Source: Psammoneis japonica (lineage: Eukaryota). From it: a stretch of 64,000 bases of DNA. Location: positions 496,001 to 560,000 of the forward strand of contig QPGO01000025.1 of assembly GCA_008632985.1 (NCBI GenBank), given 5' to 3'. The position numbers and the translations under genes were made by a program. The notes beneath the pieces are model-generated. The model was not told where the DNA came from, did not search any database, and saw only the letters and a program-made list of their open reading frames with translations. Below, one piece after another: positions 36,700 to 48,482 of this stretch (the first letter of the stretch is position 1; the number at the start of each line of letters is the position of its first letter).

Positions 36700-38465
36700 C
36701 ATCCACCGGTGAGAAAAACAAGCAATGCTGAGAAAAGCTTTTTGTACACACCAGCAACATCAATGACAAAACAACTGGTGGGTTGGCTGCTTCAAGGTCA
36801 GCCACGTCTTTTTGTGTCGCAGCAACAAAGCCAGCAGCTCTCCACATCCCCTCCTTTTCTCTTCAAAAGCAAGTCATGTCAACAGGCTGCTGGCAGAGGA
36901 GTGCTTTCAAAAGTGCAAGGCCTCTTGGTGCTTCGCAAGTCACAACTTTCCTCACTCCGGTCAGGGGCCCTCTGCATGCACCCCCCAAAACACAGCTCCA
37001 TGCAGACACCACACGCCACACAGCAAATCAGCACAGGAGGGTTTCATTTTGGAGACAACATCCTGGTGAGGAAACCATTGCTCTCACATTTCTTTTAGAA
37101 ACAAGCCTGGGAGCATGCTGTGCACATGAAGAGCAACATTTTTAACCTCTGCAGTGGCAGGCCACCACACCAGCACACATCATCTGCGGTGCCAACAGCC
37201 CATGGGTTCAACCACCTGCCACAAGCTGGGAATTTCCTGACTGCAATCCCAGAAAAGTGCTGCTCAACAAGTTGGGTGATCACTTTCATTGAAGTTCAGA
37301 ACCAACTGAGTTTGTGGGCCCCTTGAAGCAAGATTGTGCCCCGCTTTTGTTGCAGCTCTTGTTGCCTCTGACCTCAAAGTCAATCTTGTTTTTTTTTGTT
37401 CTGTTTTTGTTCCTGATGCATTTTCTGTGGTGACTTTGCCTGATTTGTCATTGTGCATTTTGTTGTTGTTCATAGTTGGCTGACATGCAGAGCACACCAA
37501 AAGTTGAGGCAGCAGCAATGTGAGAGAGATTTGTTCCACTTGGACAAGAACAGATGTGGGAAGCATTCTGGGGGTTCTCAGCTGTTGTTTGAAGCAATGT
37601 GGGTGCTTTTGAACTTCTCAACAAAGTGATGCTGTGTGGCACAGTGTTGTGCCAAGAACATCACAACCAACTGTGCCACGCTGCAAGAAAAAATGGCCCA
37701 AGTGCAAAAAAAAAAACCAGTTTGGGCTGGAGCCACCACCCACAACAAAACTGGGCCTGGCACATGCTTGGACTGTTCCTTGGCACATTGTTGCTTGTGG
37801 CAGTGACAATGATGAGGAGCACATCATGGTGCCTTGGCTTTGACAGTGCTCCATCACCTCTGTGCCCCCCCCCCCAGAAGCTGCTGTCTGTTCAATCAGG
37901 AAAGTTTTGACTGACCCAGAAGAGATTGCACTCAGATGACACAGAGAACGGGTGTTTCACAGCTTCAAATGGCACATCAATGGCAGTGGCTGCTGCTGCT
38001 GCTGCTGCCGCTGTGTTTCAATGTCTTTTTGTCTCACTCTCCTGTCTTTCTCCCAACCCTGCTTGCTCTCAGGTTTGAGGAATTGTTTTGCCCTTGCTCT
38101 CAATTTGCTTCTGTTGAACCATTTGACTTCTCAAAGCAGCTGTGTGTCTCTAAAGAAGAAAAGGTGGAGAAAGCACAGATGGAGGTGGCATCACATGGGT
38201 GCCACTGCTCTTGTCTGAAAACTGTTTCAAAGCTGTCTTCTTTGTGACCACAAAAACTGCTTGAGCCATCACTCAACCACCCTTCAAGCAGGAACCCACC
38301 ATCCAATGCACTCCAGCAGGAGAGATTCTGGCTGTAAAAAACAGGATGGGGTGTGTGGCTGTTTTTGTTGGAATTTGCTGCAAAGCAACAGCAGCAGTTG
38401 CTTTTTTGAAATGCCCACATGACCAATGGATTGGAAAGATCTTTTTGAAACAGAAAGCAGCAAGA

Positions 38466-38497
<32 letters not shown>

Positions 38498-40450
38498 GGC
38501 AAGAGAGAGCTCTTTGCTTGCAAAAATGTGCAAAGAAATCCTGAGTGCACCAGTTCTCTTCTTGTTGAGCTTGGAGACCTTGGACAACTCCCGTTGGTGG
38601 CACTCCTTTCTCATGCTGCATGCTGACAACAGGCTGTGCACTTGCTCTCTGCTTGACCTGGGGCAACTCCCCTTTGGAGGCATTCCTTCATGCTGCACGC
38701 TGACAACAGGTGGTGTTTTCAACCCCAAGCAGCTGACCAACAAAACAACAGCAGCATGGCTCCTCTGCCATTTCTGCAACAGTGATCAACTCCTTGCTTG
38801 TTTCAAGAAAGAGTGCACAGTTCAAAGAACCAAGTTGTTGGTGCACACTTGGACAACTGCTGCTTTTCAACCAAGCCAAACAGAAAACCTTGGAGCTCAG
38901 AAACACACCTCTGAGATTGACCAATTCGAGCATGACATCCTTGGGAGCCCTTTCAAACAATGAAAGAATCCACTCAATCATCACAGACAAATGTGTCATT
39001 GTCATGCTCATGCTGCCCCTCTTGTGCTTTTGATCAATCTTTTCATGTGATTTTTTTGTGTGGCTTTCGATGCACAGAAGAACATCAATTTGCAAGCACT
39101 GCATTTTTGTCAAATTTCCCATCTTTTTCTTTTTTGTCAAATTTTTTGACCAGAATGAGAACAAAACGGCAAGTCATGAATGGGGCACATCATGACACCG
39201 GGCAGAGGTCAAGGGTGGCCAGGAAGTGGGGGTTGTTTCATGTGGAACAGAGTTTGCAGCCAGCACCATGCACCATGCAGACTTGCCATGTGCCTGTCAA
39301 TGGATTGCAGCTGTGGAAATTGGCTGCAAAGGAAGCAGTGCCCCACTGGAAGCACCGCGCAGCTGAAAATGAATCTGCAGAGAATTGTTCAATGATGGTG
39401 CTTCTGGTGGGGCTGCTTTGCCAGTTGGCAGCATTTGGCATCACATGGCCCTTGTCTGAGCCACCCAATCTCTGTGTTTGCATCACCATGCTTTGCACAA
39501 GTGCAGCTGCACTCTTTTTGCAGATGTTGTTCTTCAAGGTTGCCATGGCAAAATTCCCAGTTTGGGCAGCAGAGTTGTTCCAGAATGAACTCCAGTTCCT
39601 CATCACATTTGTTTGCAGCTGGTGCAACCACACAATGTGGTTGTGGTGCTTTAGAATGTGCCGCAGGCTTTGAAGAATGTCTTTGGGCAAGTCATCTTCT
39701 GCTTGTTCTGAGGTCAAATGCAGAGACCATCTTTTTGCTCTGGCATTGGAGCATGTGCTTTGAAAGCCTTGTGGACAATCTTTTTGCTCTGATGGCAGAG
39801 AGGGCCAAGCCACTCTCACAATCAATCCACACATTTTGAGGGTGCTTGGTTGAGGGCAAAAGAGAGTTGTTGAATCACACTGCTCTCCAGCTGTCACTGC
39901 AGCTGCCAAAACATTGCTGACACCAGCTTCCTCATCATCTGAGCACTCCTCCTCTTCATCCAACAAGGTGGGTTCATGCTCACAGGCTCAAGTTGTTGCC
40001 TTGTGTGCTCCTCTTCATCCACAAGGTGTGTTCAAACCCACACTCTCAAATCTTGCCATCCAAAGTGAAGCATCGCTGCAGCTCCAGCCAGCCTCACAAG
40101 CAAAAAGCTTGTGCCCTCTGCTTGGCTCTTGAGGACATTTCCGTGCTCCTTCCCCCACTTCCCTTAGAAGCACCTTGGTCACAGCAAGGATTGCTGGAGC
40201 CCCACTTGCTTCTTCCTTCTTTTTCTTCTTTTTGCAATGTGCGCGGCGCCTTCAAGCTGACACAACCTTTTTTCTTGCGCACTTTCTCAGGTCCTGTTCT
40301 CTCAATTTGGCAGGCCCTCCACTTCCTTGAGCACTCGGTCAACATCTTTGGCATTGTTGATGCACAGCAATTTTTCTTTTGACAGTTGTTTGTGAATAAT
40401 TTGTTGCTTGAAAGTGTGGAAATGCGACATTTTTCAAGTTGTCAACACGC
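36700..40450. other. Heavily degraded TpA- and CpG-depleted relic, family unassigned
   Basis: TG/CA-rich, Tyr-free overlapping ORFs, (CT)n at about 38473-38497, and a ~40-bp direct repeat at 38595-38635 / 38673-38713. Confidence 0.55.
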
Positions 40451-40966
40451 AAAATTTGGTTGAAAAAGGTTTTTGTTCAATGCGAGCCTTTCTTTCGAGG
40501 AGTGAGGGTTTCTCAGTGCTGTTGGCTGGTGCAGGCGGGCCTTGAGCCACCCTAATGGATGTAGCCATGTCGATGAACTTTCTCTCACTAGGTCATTGGC
40601 AGTGGCCGCATGGCCGCCAGCCGCCACACCAATCCGATCGTTCCTTGGCTGCCACCACACGCCGGCCGAACGGCGCAGCGTCCCACGTGGCGTGATGGCG
40701 GCGTGGCTGGGGCGGGACGAAGACGAACGTCGATGGTGGGGTAAGGATGATGTCATCTTTACAAAGTGAAGAGTAAATTTCATAGCTGACGTCGTTTGTC
40801 CAATCAGATTTCCATACCGCCGTTATGACCGCACTTACCATACCGCGGATACGTTTTCTGCACGTTCGAGCGCCGCTACTCGCTAGCTGTTTAGCTGTCT
40901 TCAGTTTTGCTGAGAACTGAATTGTATCGTCCCGCAGTAAGTTACGACGGAGGAAACTCAACGATC

Positions 40967-41485
40967 ATGAGCCGCAACTCGACAAGAGACGAACTAGATG
41001 TTACTCATCGTGGCGATAACCCAGAAGGAAAATTCGATTCACTGCTTTCTCAATTGATGAGAGAAAACCTTGAAGTTGATGGCGACAAGGGATCGAAGGC
41101 AGAAGCTTCATCCTTGCAGACACCAACGTTGTCTTCCAAGGAGAGTACGTCATCCTATTACATACCGGGTATTACAGAAAGAGCTCGCTGTTTGAAATCC
41201 GCAAAGAAAACATCTAGGCGGCTTGATCCTCCCGTGACACACATTCACACGACGCTGCATAGAGACCCAGAAAAGGCGAAAAAGAAAAATCATAAGACGA
41301 GAAGTGAAGAATGTTCCAAAACGGTGGACGACAGTAAGATCTTGCCAAAGAAGAATTCATATTATATTCCTGGAATTACGGAACGATCGCGACACCTGAA
41401 AAGTAGACGAAAGACTGACGGTGCTGACACACCATCCTCAGTCCCATCCTTGGAAGGTTCCTTGCTCTCTTCTGACTACACTTGA
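40967..41485 (+). CDS. Hypothetical protein with duplicated SYYIPGITER motif
   Basis: Open frame of 172 aa from ATG 40967; the motif occurs twice with synonymous divergence. Confidence 0.6.
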   Translation: MSRNSTRDELDVTHRGDNPEGKFDSLLSQLMRENLEVDGDKGSKAEASSLQTPTLSSKESTSSYYIPGITERARCLKSAKKTSRRLDPPVTHIHTTLHRDPEKAKKKNHKTRSEECSKTVDDSKILPKKNSYYIPGITERSRHLKSRRKTDGADTPSSVPSLEGSLLSSDYT

Positions 41486-42362
41486 TTGACACCGTGGTCT
41501 GCGATACTCTACCGTATGACGTCAGTTACACCAGTCGACCACACTTTTGAAATCGCTGACCTGGAGTTGGGAATGATAGCACAGAAGCAAGTACCGGTAC
41601 TGCGTCGTAGCTCCTCTAGAAAGAGTTGGTGCTGAAGTGCTAGTTTTGTTGCTCATTAGCAACACTACTTGTCGAAGGATCCTTGGGTGTTTCGAAAGTT
41701 GGACGAGCTGCTTAACGAATTGATGCTCCAGCTGGCTACTTTTGAAGTGGATTCGACTCAACTCTTTTTTCTGGCTGTAAGGCCTGTTCTCGACAAATAT
41801 GGCTGGCGTGTTGCTACCGCGGCAAAAGGCAGTCTGGAGCAGAGTCATTCATGCTCGAAATGAAAGTTGACCACTGACCACACAACGTTTTTAGCCTGTT
41901 CCAGGATTGAGTGTACCCGGTGAAACGATTTAGGAGATCCGGTTCATCATTTGGAAACTGGTGTGATGGAGCCGGTGTTGTCCGTTCGTGTTCGGCACTC
42001 GGATGATGACATTCGCAATTTGCAAGTCCGGATCTATTAGTAAGGCAGCTTCCAGCAAGTTTGGAAGCGTTCATCGTTCATGTATGATGCTACTCTCTAG
42101 TAGAAGTAGTAATAGGAGTAGCTATTCTTACTTCTAGAGGGCCCTACCGCATTCAATCATATCAAACGCAAATAAATTTTCGCCCGTCCGTCGTCCGTCC
42201 ATAAGTTGCATACGAGAGATATGGATCATGTGCCGATCTTCATCGCTGAAGATATTCATAATTCAAGATCCTTCCTGTGACCCTGCTGTTGCTGTTTCTG
42301 TTGCGGTCGGTGGAGGTCATGGCCCCTCTAACCGCCGGCATTGATTCAGTGCGACTGCGAAC

Positions 42363-43983
42363 ATGGTGACTGTGACGGTAAGAATTGAATTTTTGAAGTG
42401 ATGTCGCAGCCGTTGTTTTCGGCGCAACCTGGGTGTAACTTGTAGCTCACCGATCGTCTTACAAAATGATACCTCTTCTCTACCTCTTTCTTCAGGTATC
42501 AGATCCTCAGAACCACGGGGAAGGCAGGAACTTACACACTTCCTACCGTGTGGATACAGACAACTCCATCAAGGGCTTGCAAGGCCCAGCAGGAAGCAAA
42601 CAAGGAACCTTTAGCGTGCGCCGCCGGTACTCTGATTTCCAATGGCTCTATCAACGCCTCTTGACGGAGAGCCCTGGAGCAGTCGTTCCAATTATCCCCC
42701 ACCGCCGCGCCTTGTCGGCAGAAGCTCGTGTTTCAGAGGAGCTCATCAAAGAGAGGCGTGCCAATCTGGAGACGTTTATTCAGGCAGTTGTGGTTCATCC
42801 CGAGTTGGAGGCTTGTCCGAGTTTGGCCGCTTTCTTACGTGCTGAGGCAGGAGAAGCCTTTGATGCTCAAAAGAAGGAGCTGGAAACCTCCAACCCAAAC
42901 CAGGACAGCAACAATATTGACTCGGATTATCCAGAGACTGCAGGGTTGACGGGGTCAGATTCAGCGCCCGTGGGAGGGAAAATTAGGAACGCGTTGGCCA
43001 AAGCGGCTGTCGCTATGTCAGGTAAGATTGGCTTTGTATGGACAAACTTACCGGTACCAAATCGTATCAGCAACAACGTTTTCCCTTGGTTTACTGAACC
43101 CACTTTCTTACTTGTTCTTCATAGCTATGGCGGGTCAGGTCGAGCTGGAGAGGACCGAGGACGAGAACGAAATTGAGGAAGTACAAGAGTATATTGATGG
43201 ATTGACTGCTCATGTCAAAGCTCTCGTGACGCAGTCTGCAGTCATGGTCAAGTCTACCGACGATCATGCTTCCAGTCTACGCATTGTCAGCCAATCGATT
43301 TTCAACTGGGCTCAGACCCATCAACACCGATACTGTCCCGGAGGAACCGATACCACCGTCAATACGCTTGGAAAGATTAGCAGTTCTACCTCGGATGTCT
43401 CGACGCTGGCAAACCAGAAGAAAGAACTCGAGGCTGTCAAGTTTGAGCAAGCCCTTCAGGATTTGTCCAATAGTGTTCAGGCCATCAGGATTGCACTCAA
43501 AAAGAGATACAACCGCTCACTCACCTACACGACTCGTCTCAAGCAGATTGCCAACCGGCAAGCTGCACTCGGAAACTTGCAAAAGAACAACAAAATCAAC
43601 AAGGTTCCGCAGGCGCAGTTGGACTTGGCCGCGGCCGAGCGTGATGCTCACGCGGCTTTACAAAATCTGAATCAAACGAGTCAGCGTGTGTTGCGAGAGA
43701 TGGATCGTGTCCAACCCGACCTGGACGCTGACTTGACTCGTCTCATCAAGAGTTATACGGAAATTCAAATCGAGTACAACAAGAAAATGATGGAGGCGTG
43801 GAATAATCTTCTTCCTCATGTGAACAGTGGTGGGGGAGGAAGCGTTCCACGAGCACCATGCCGTCGGCACCTCCTCCCTCGGCGCCTCCGGCAGCACCAG
43901 AGGAAATGATCTCAATGTTGAACGTCGACGATACGAAAAATGGAGTGACTGCAACAGAAGACGAGGAGGATAAGCTCTTGTAG
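42363..43983 (+). CDS. Sorting nexin (PX + Vps5/BAR); introns 42378-42495 and 43022-43124; apparent frameshift near 43856
   Basis: FSVRRRYSDFQWLYQRL..PGAVVPIIP (PX) followed by a helical BAR-like region. Splice sites preserve frame. Confidence 0.88.
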
Positions 43984-44289
43984 ACGAGCTGTGACCTATG
44001 TTGACTTTTCACCCGCATTTTCTGTGGTTTGTTGTTTTTGGAGAGAATCACATGGGATTCGCTAGCGTGGGAAATACAAAGGGCTACGGTCAGCCATCAA
44101 GATGTCTAATGTAGCCTCTACTAGCTGTCGTTTCTTCACCTACAGTATTGAAACGGAATCACTTGTCTTTCGTATGATGGGAGAAGAACGGAATCAGCTG
44201 TAGACTAAATGTGGGCACTATGGATGTTTACGTACAGCGAGCTCAAGAATAGTGGATCCTTGCTCTTCTCGCAGAGGAGTGTTCTTGTG

Positions 44290-46009
44290 TTACATTGTTT
44301 CTCGATGAGCCGCAGCCAAAATACCAAGACTGAAAAATGCGGTAGCCCATAAGCTGAGCTCTCCTAGTATCTGCAAGTCTGACGCATTTCTCAAGTCTTT
44401 CTGCAAATCAAGAGGCAGCATAGGAGCCATGATTGGATCAGGGACAGCCACCGACGCCACCTCGTTTGTTTCAAAAGACATTGGCTTGAGTTCAATTTCG
44501 GAGACTTCTTCATCGGTTTTGGGCTCTTCTCGGCGCTTTCCACCTTTATGGTTTCCCATTCCAACCGCAAAAGCCCCCACAATGATCGCCGTATGATTTC
44601 CGCACAGGCAATCGCAGGGCTAATAAACTCAGCCCAATTCCCCTCAAAAGTCTCCTTGATGATACCCGACGGATGGAGGTATATTTGAGGGAGAAAGCTG
44701 AGCGTCCAGCAGAAACGCAACAGAACGTTTACCACGAAAATAGTCCAATACATTGCTCTGGAGGGATACAAGAGCTTTGAGCGTAGTGTGACGCCACCTG
44801 TTGGCGATACACGCAACAGCTCCCAGTCCATAAAGACGTCCCACCAGATTTGATAAAGTGTCGCCACGACAAACGAGGAAATCCAAAGATAATGTTGCTT
44901 CTTCGTTGGGTCAAAGACTCCAAACATGGCAACCTCAGCTGCGACCATGTACTTGAGCGCGTTTCCCAAATAAGGCCATCTCTGCTTCTCATCGTAAGAC
45001 TGACGAAGGTTCTGCAAGAAACGCCACCATAACGGACTGACCATGCAGGCCGGCAACACCACGGTGTGAAGCAACCACGATCTCTCTACCGGCGTGTCGG
45101 CGTGATTCAAATCATAGGATTGAGACCACCATCCTCTCAAGCCCGAAAGAACATAAAAAAGTGTAAAAGCCAAGTCCTGTAGAGGTCGTACAGTGGAAGT
45201 AAACACATCGCCGATGAAACCGTCACTACGTACAAAGCAACCGTTGTCAATGAATGATCAGACGAACGTTTACTTGCATCGTCGTTCCTTTCCAAGCCCA
45301 TAAACACTACTTACCGGAACTTCACATCGCAGAATGGTGCACTAATTGTCCATGAAATGACAGTCCAGAAGTCTCTTCTTTTCGCCCAAGGAAGAAAGCA
45401 TGCAGCGGTTGTGCACACAAACAAACCGAGAGGAAAGACGGGAGCAGCAATGTTTGACACTCGTTCGAACGTGTTTGTAGGTATACCATTGACGTCGGCA
45501 CAGCTCAATGTGAAAAAGAACAGACTCAGTAAGCAGCAGAGCAGTAAATCCAACGCTGCTCCTGCTACGGCAGCCGGAGAGGGGGGATCTGGAAACACCA
45601 TTTCGTCGTTCTCAGAATACGAGTCTTTCTCTTCTTCAATATGCACATTATCGTCATTTTGCGGAACACTCTCGTCATCTTCTTCATCGGAATCAGATAC
45701 TACTTGATAGCTTGATTCGAGATGACTTTCTTTGTGCTGTTGTTCTGGTGAAAGAAATAGCAGGCGTCCAACCTTACGTTTACCGATAGCCTCCGTCTTG
45801 GACCAAACGAATAAAGCAAAAGATGTGCAACACAAGAGAAGTGTGATCTCTCCAAGGGCTCGATAAACTCTCATACTAGGAGGATGATCTCTGAGAGCCT
45901 TCCATACCGCGAGCTTGCCATTCTCTTCGTCCTTCAGCAGCCAGAGAGCAAACAGTAGCGGAGGGAGGAGCACCGGCTTTTTCCACACGGACATAGTTTC
46001 AGAAGTCAT
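44290..46009 (-). CDS. EXS-family (ERD1/XPR1/PHO1) membrane protein; intron 45226-45314; apparent frameshift near 44530
   Basis: FRDGFIGDVFTS, PLWWRFLQNLRQ, YLGNALKY, WWDVFMDWEL, EIIRRSLWGLLRLEWE. Confidence 0.88.
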
Positions 46010-46451
46010 TATGGAGATTGCGACTGCAAAGAAGAAGTAGAAAATTTCGGTGGTGGTAGTTTCCACTTTCTAAACACTCTCAGCAACACAATGCAACAAC
46101 TTCACAAACTGAACAACATCGCAATGAATAAAGGACGAGCGATGTCTTTTGCTCATTTTTGTGTGTTGAATGAAGCAGGGAAACGAAACGACCGGTCATT
46201 TCACAAAGACCGTCTGTCATCCTGCCCACTTCCCGTTTTCTCGACCGTCTGTCCATCGTACCAAATGTACCAATTTCGCCGATTTCGCGCGGGAAAAATT
46301 GGAAATCCAAAATCGAAAGCAAATCCTTCTCGTGCATCATTCTCAAGATTCGAGATCAATGAGTGACACTTGCTTGTTGCACAAGCTGTGTCGCTGCTCA
46401 CATAAACATTTCGGCACTCATTATTTAAAAAAAAATAGAAACCAATCAAGT

Positions 46452-48398
46452 ATGGAAACTTTATCCGAGACAATCAAGAGGACCATTAACAAGGGCGCAC
46501 CGCTTTACAACGAAGGCAAGGAAAAGGAATGTTTTGAGCTGTACCAAGCAACTGCTGAGATGGCCCTGGAGCAAGAGGAGATTTCGAACTCCGCCTTTGG
46601 AGAACTTCTGACCCAAGCCCTTGAAGAAGTGCAACAGCTGAAAGAGAAAGAGCAATACGGAGAGGGCGCCTGGGTGCTTCGCCACACCTTTGACGAAATC
46701 TTGTCATCGGAACAGAGCAGGAGGCTTCGCTTGGAAAGTTCAAGAAGCATCGAGAGCGGCTGGCAGGACGAAAAAATCCGAAACGCTTCCGACGTTGAGA
46801 AGGGCCAAGCGTTGTCGGACATTGCTTACATATTGAAAGCGTCCATTACTCCAAAGAAACACACGCGCTACACAAAGACATATAACGAATGCTTTGCGGC
46901 CTCTGAAGCTGTCGAGCTTCTTACTTCTTTAGGACTAGGGTCCAACCGAAAAGATGCTGCAAAGAAATGTGGCTTATTACTCAAGGCGGGCTTCATCATT
47001 CCAGTTTCTCACCCAGACGAGAAAAGCTTTGTAGATGGCACTCATCTATATCGATTTCCCAAACGGACCGAGATCCAGGCTACCTTGGACGAACTTCTGA
47101 CCAAGGATGAGACACAAGTCGAAGGATCCGATGAGCACGTGGCAATGCTTGCACTTCAAGACACACTGGAACTCCCCGAAGCATCTACGGGGGACGACAA
47201 ACCTACAACATTTGGCGGTGTCTCGACAAGGCACTTGCTCCAGAAGACTGCATCAAAGCTTAGCATTGAGCAAATAAAAGGTCAGGAACTTGCTGAATTC
47301 GCGGCAATAGTCGAGAAAACAGTGGACATTTCTGATCGAAAGTACAGGTTAAAAACATACGAGAAGTGTTTTGTGGGCAGAGATGCTGTTACTAAACTCC
47401 TTGCCGAGAAAATCGCTTCTTCCCGTGCAGAGGCAACGGAGAAGCTGTCCGAGCTCCTTGAAGTTGGAATTATTCGCCACGTGACTCTGGACCATAAGTT
47501 TCAGGACGAGAAACTCTTCTATAGGTTCACTTCTGTGGCTGATCTCAAGAACAGTTTGGACACATTGTCTGGTCTACGTTCCGCTGCCGGAGGTCCAGAG
47601 CTTGTTCGATACACCGCATTAGTCAATCGATACAAGCAATTTGCAAGCCTGGACATCAAATCAATTCTTAATGATTTCTATGGTTGTGAGGATGAGACTG
47701 GTTGGGATTTGGTAGATTTAGAAAATTGGAGGCTGAATATGAAGCGCTGGGGCTTCGGGAAGCCTGAAGATCGGGATGACGCCATGATTGATCGACTCTC
47801 TCCCATTCTTCTGAATGTTGATCCTGATACGTGGGACGTATCCGGCGACGAGGATTGGGAAAGCCCATTTGGAATTCTGGCACAGATCGCTTTGTTCGAC
47901 CAGATCAGCCGTTCGGCGTTCCGGGGCACCTCCAAAGCATTCAAGTGGGACGAGCTTGCAAAGCGCGCCACAAGAGTAGCGATCGAAAAAGGATATTTTG
48001 ATACCGCCTACAAGTCTACGCTGAACCAGTTTCTCATCCTTCTTCCTATGGAACACAGTGAGTCTTGGGAAGACCAGAAGCTGGGCGTCACCCTGTTGCT
48101 GCAGCTATTGAGTACGGTGGCGGTCATGGATGAGGGACTGTCTGACTACGAGGTCGTGAAGCGACTGGAGTTTTCCAAGAGGTTGACTGTGGCTTTCCTG
48201 GAGCACGCCCAAGTCATTGCAAAGTTCAAAAGATACCCACACCGAAATCGCGCTGAAGGACGAACAACCACTCTGGAAGAACGTATCTGGTTGGCGTCAG
48301 ATCTTGTGCCTCGTTGGGCGAAGTCCCAGAACCCCGAAGACGCCAAAAACGTCATATCTGTACCGCCAATTCCTTTGAAGAAGCTCGCAAAAAAGTAG
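46452..48398 (+). CDS. Protein with two DEP domains and a C-terminal DUF924 domain
   Basis: YTKTYNECFAASEAV..HLYRF and DRKYRLKTYEKCFVGRDAV..LFYRF (DEP); LFDQISRSAFRGT, LPMEHSE, HAQVIAKFKRYPHRNRAEGRTTT.EE (DUF924). Confidence 0.82.
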   Translation: METLSETIKRTINKGAPLYNEGKEKECFELYQATAEMALEQEEISNSAFGELLTQALEEVQQLKEKEQYGEGAWVLRHTFDEILSSEQSRRLRLESSRSIESGWQDEKIRNASDVEKGQALSDIAYILKASITPKKHTRYTKTYNECFAASEAVELLTSLGLGSNRKDAAKKCGLLLKAGFIIPVSHPDEKSFVDGTHLYRFPKRTEIQATLDELLTKDETQVEGSDEHVAMLALQDTLELPEASTGDDKPTTFGGVSTRHLLQKTASKLSIEQIKGQELAEFAAIVEKTVDISDRKYRLKTYEKCFVGRDAVTKLLAEKIASSRAEATEKLSELLEVGIIRHVTLDHKFQDEKLFYRFTSVADLKNSLDTLSGLRSAAGGPELVRYTALVNRYKQFASLDIKSILNDFYGCEDETGWDLVDLENWRLNMKRWGFGKPEDRDDAMIDRLSPILLNVDPDTWDVSGDEDWESPFGILAQIALFDQISRSAFRGTSKAFKWDELAKRATRVAIEKGYFDTAYKSTLNQFLILLPMEHSESWEDQKLGVTLLLQLLSTVAVMDEGLSDYEVVKRLEFSKRLTVAFLEHAQVIAKFKRYPHRNRAEGRTTTLEERIWLASDLVPRWAKSQNPEDAKNVISVPPIPLKKLAKK

Positions 48399-48482
48399 GA
48401 GGTATCAGCACCCCACTAGATATACATTGGGTTCAGGAAAGCTTGTATTACAACTCGTACCACTTAAAATTCAAGTTATTGC

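Noticed and set aside
22600..40450. Dozens of overlapping Cys/His-rich ORFs in all six frames as novel small proteins
   Set aside because: Expected by-product of TpA loss (fewer TAA/TAG stops) and TG/CA excess; no coherent motifs.
41522..42074. Minus-strand hypothetical gene from two adjoining ORFs
   Set aside because: No recognisable motif, and it needs a frameshift; insufficient support.
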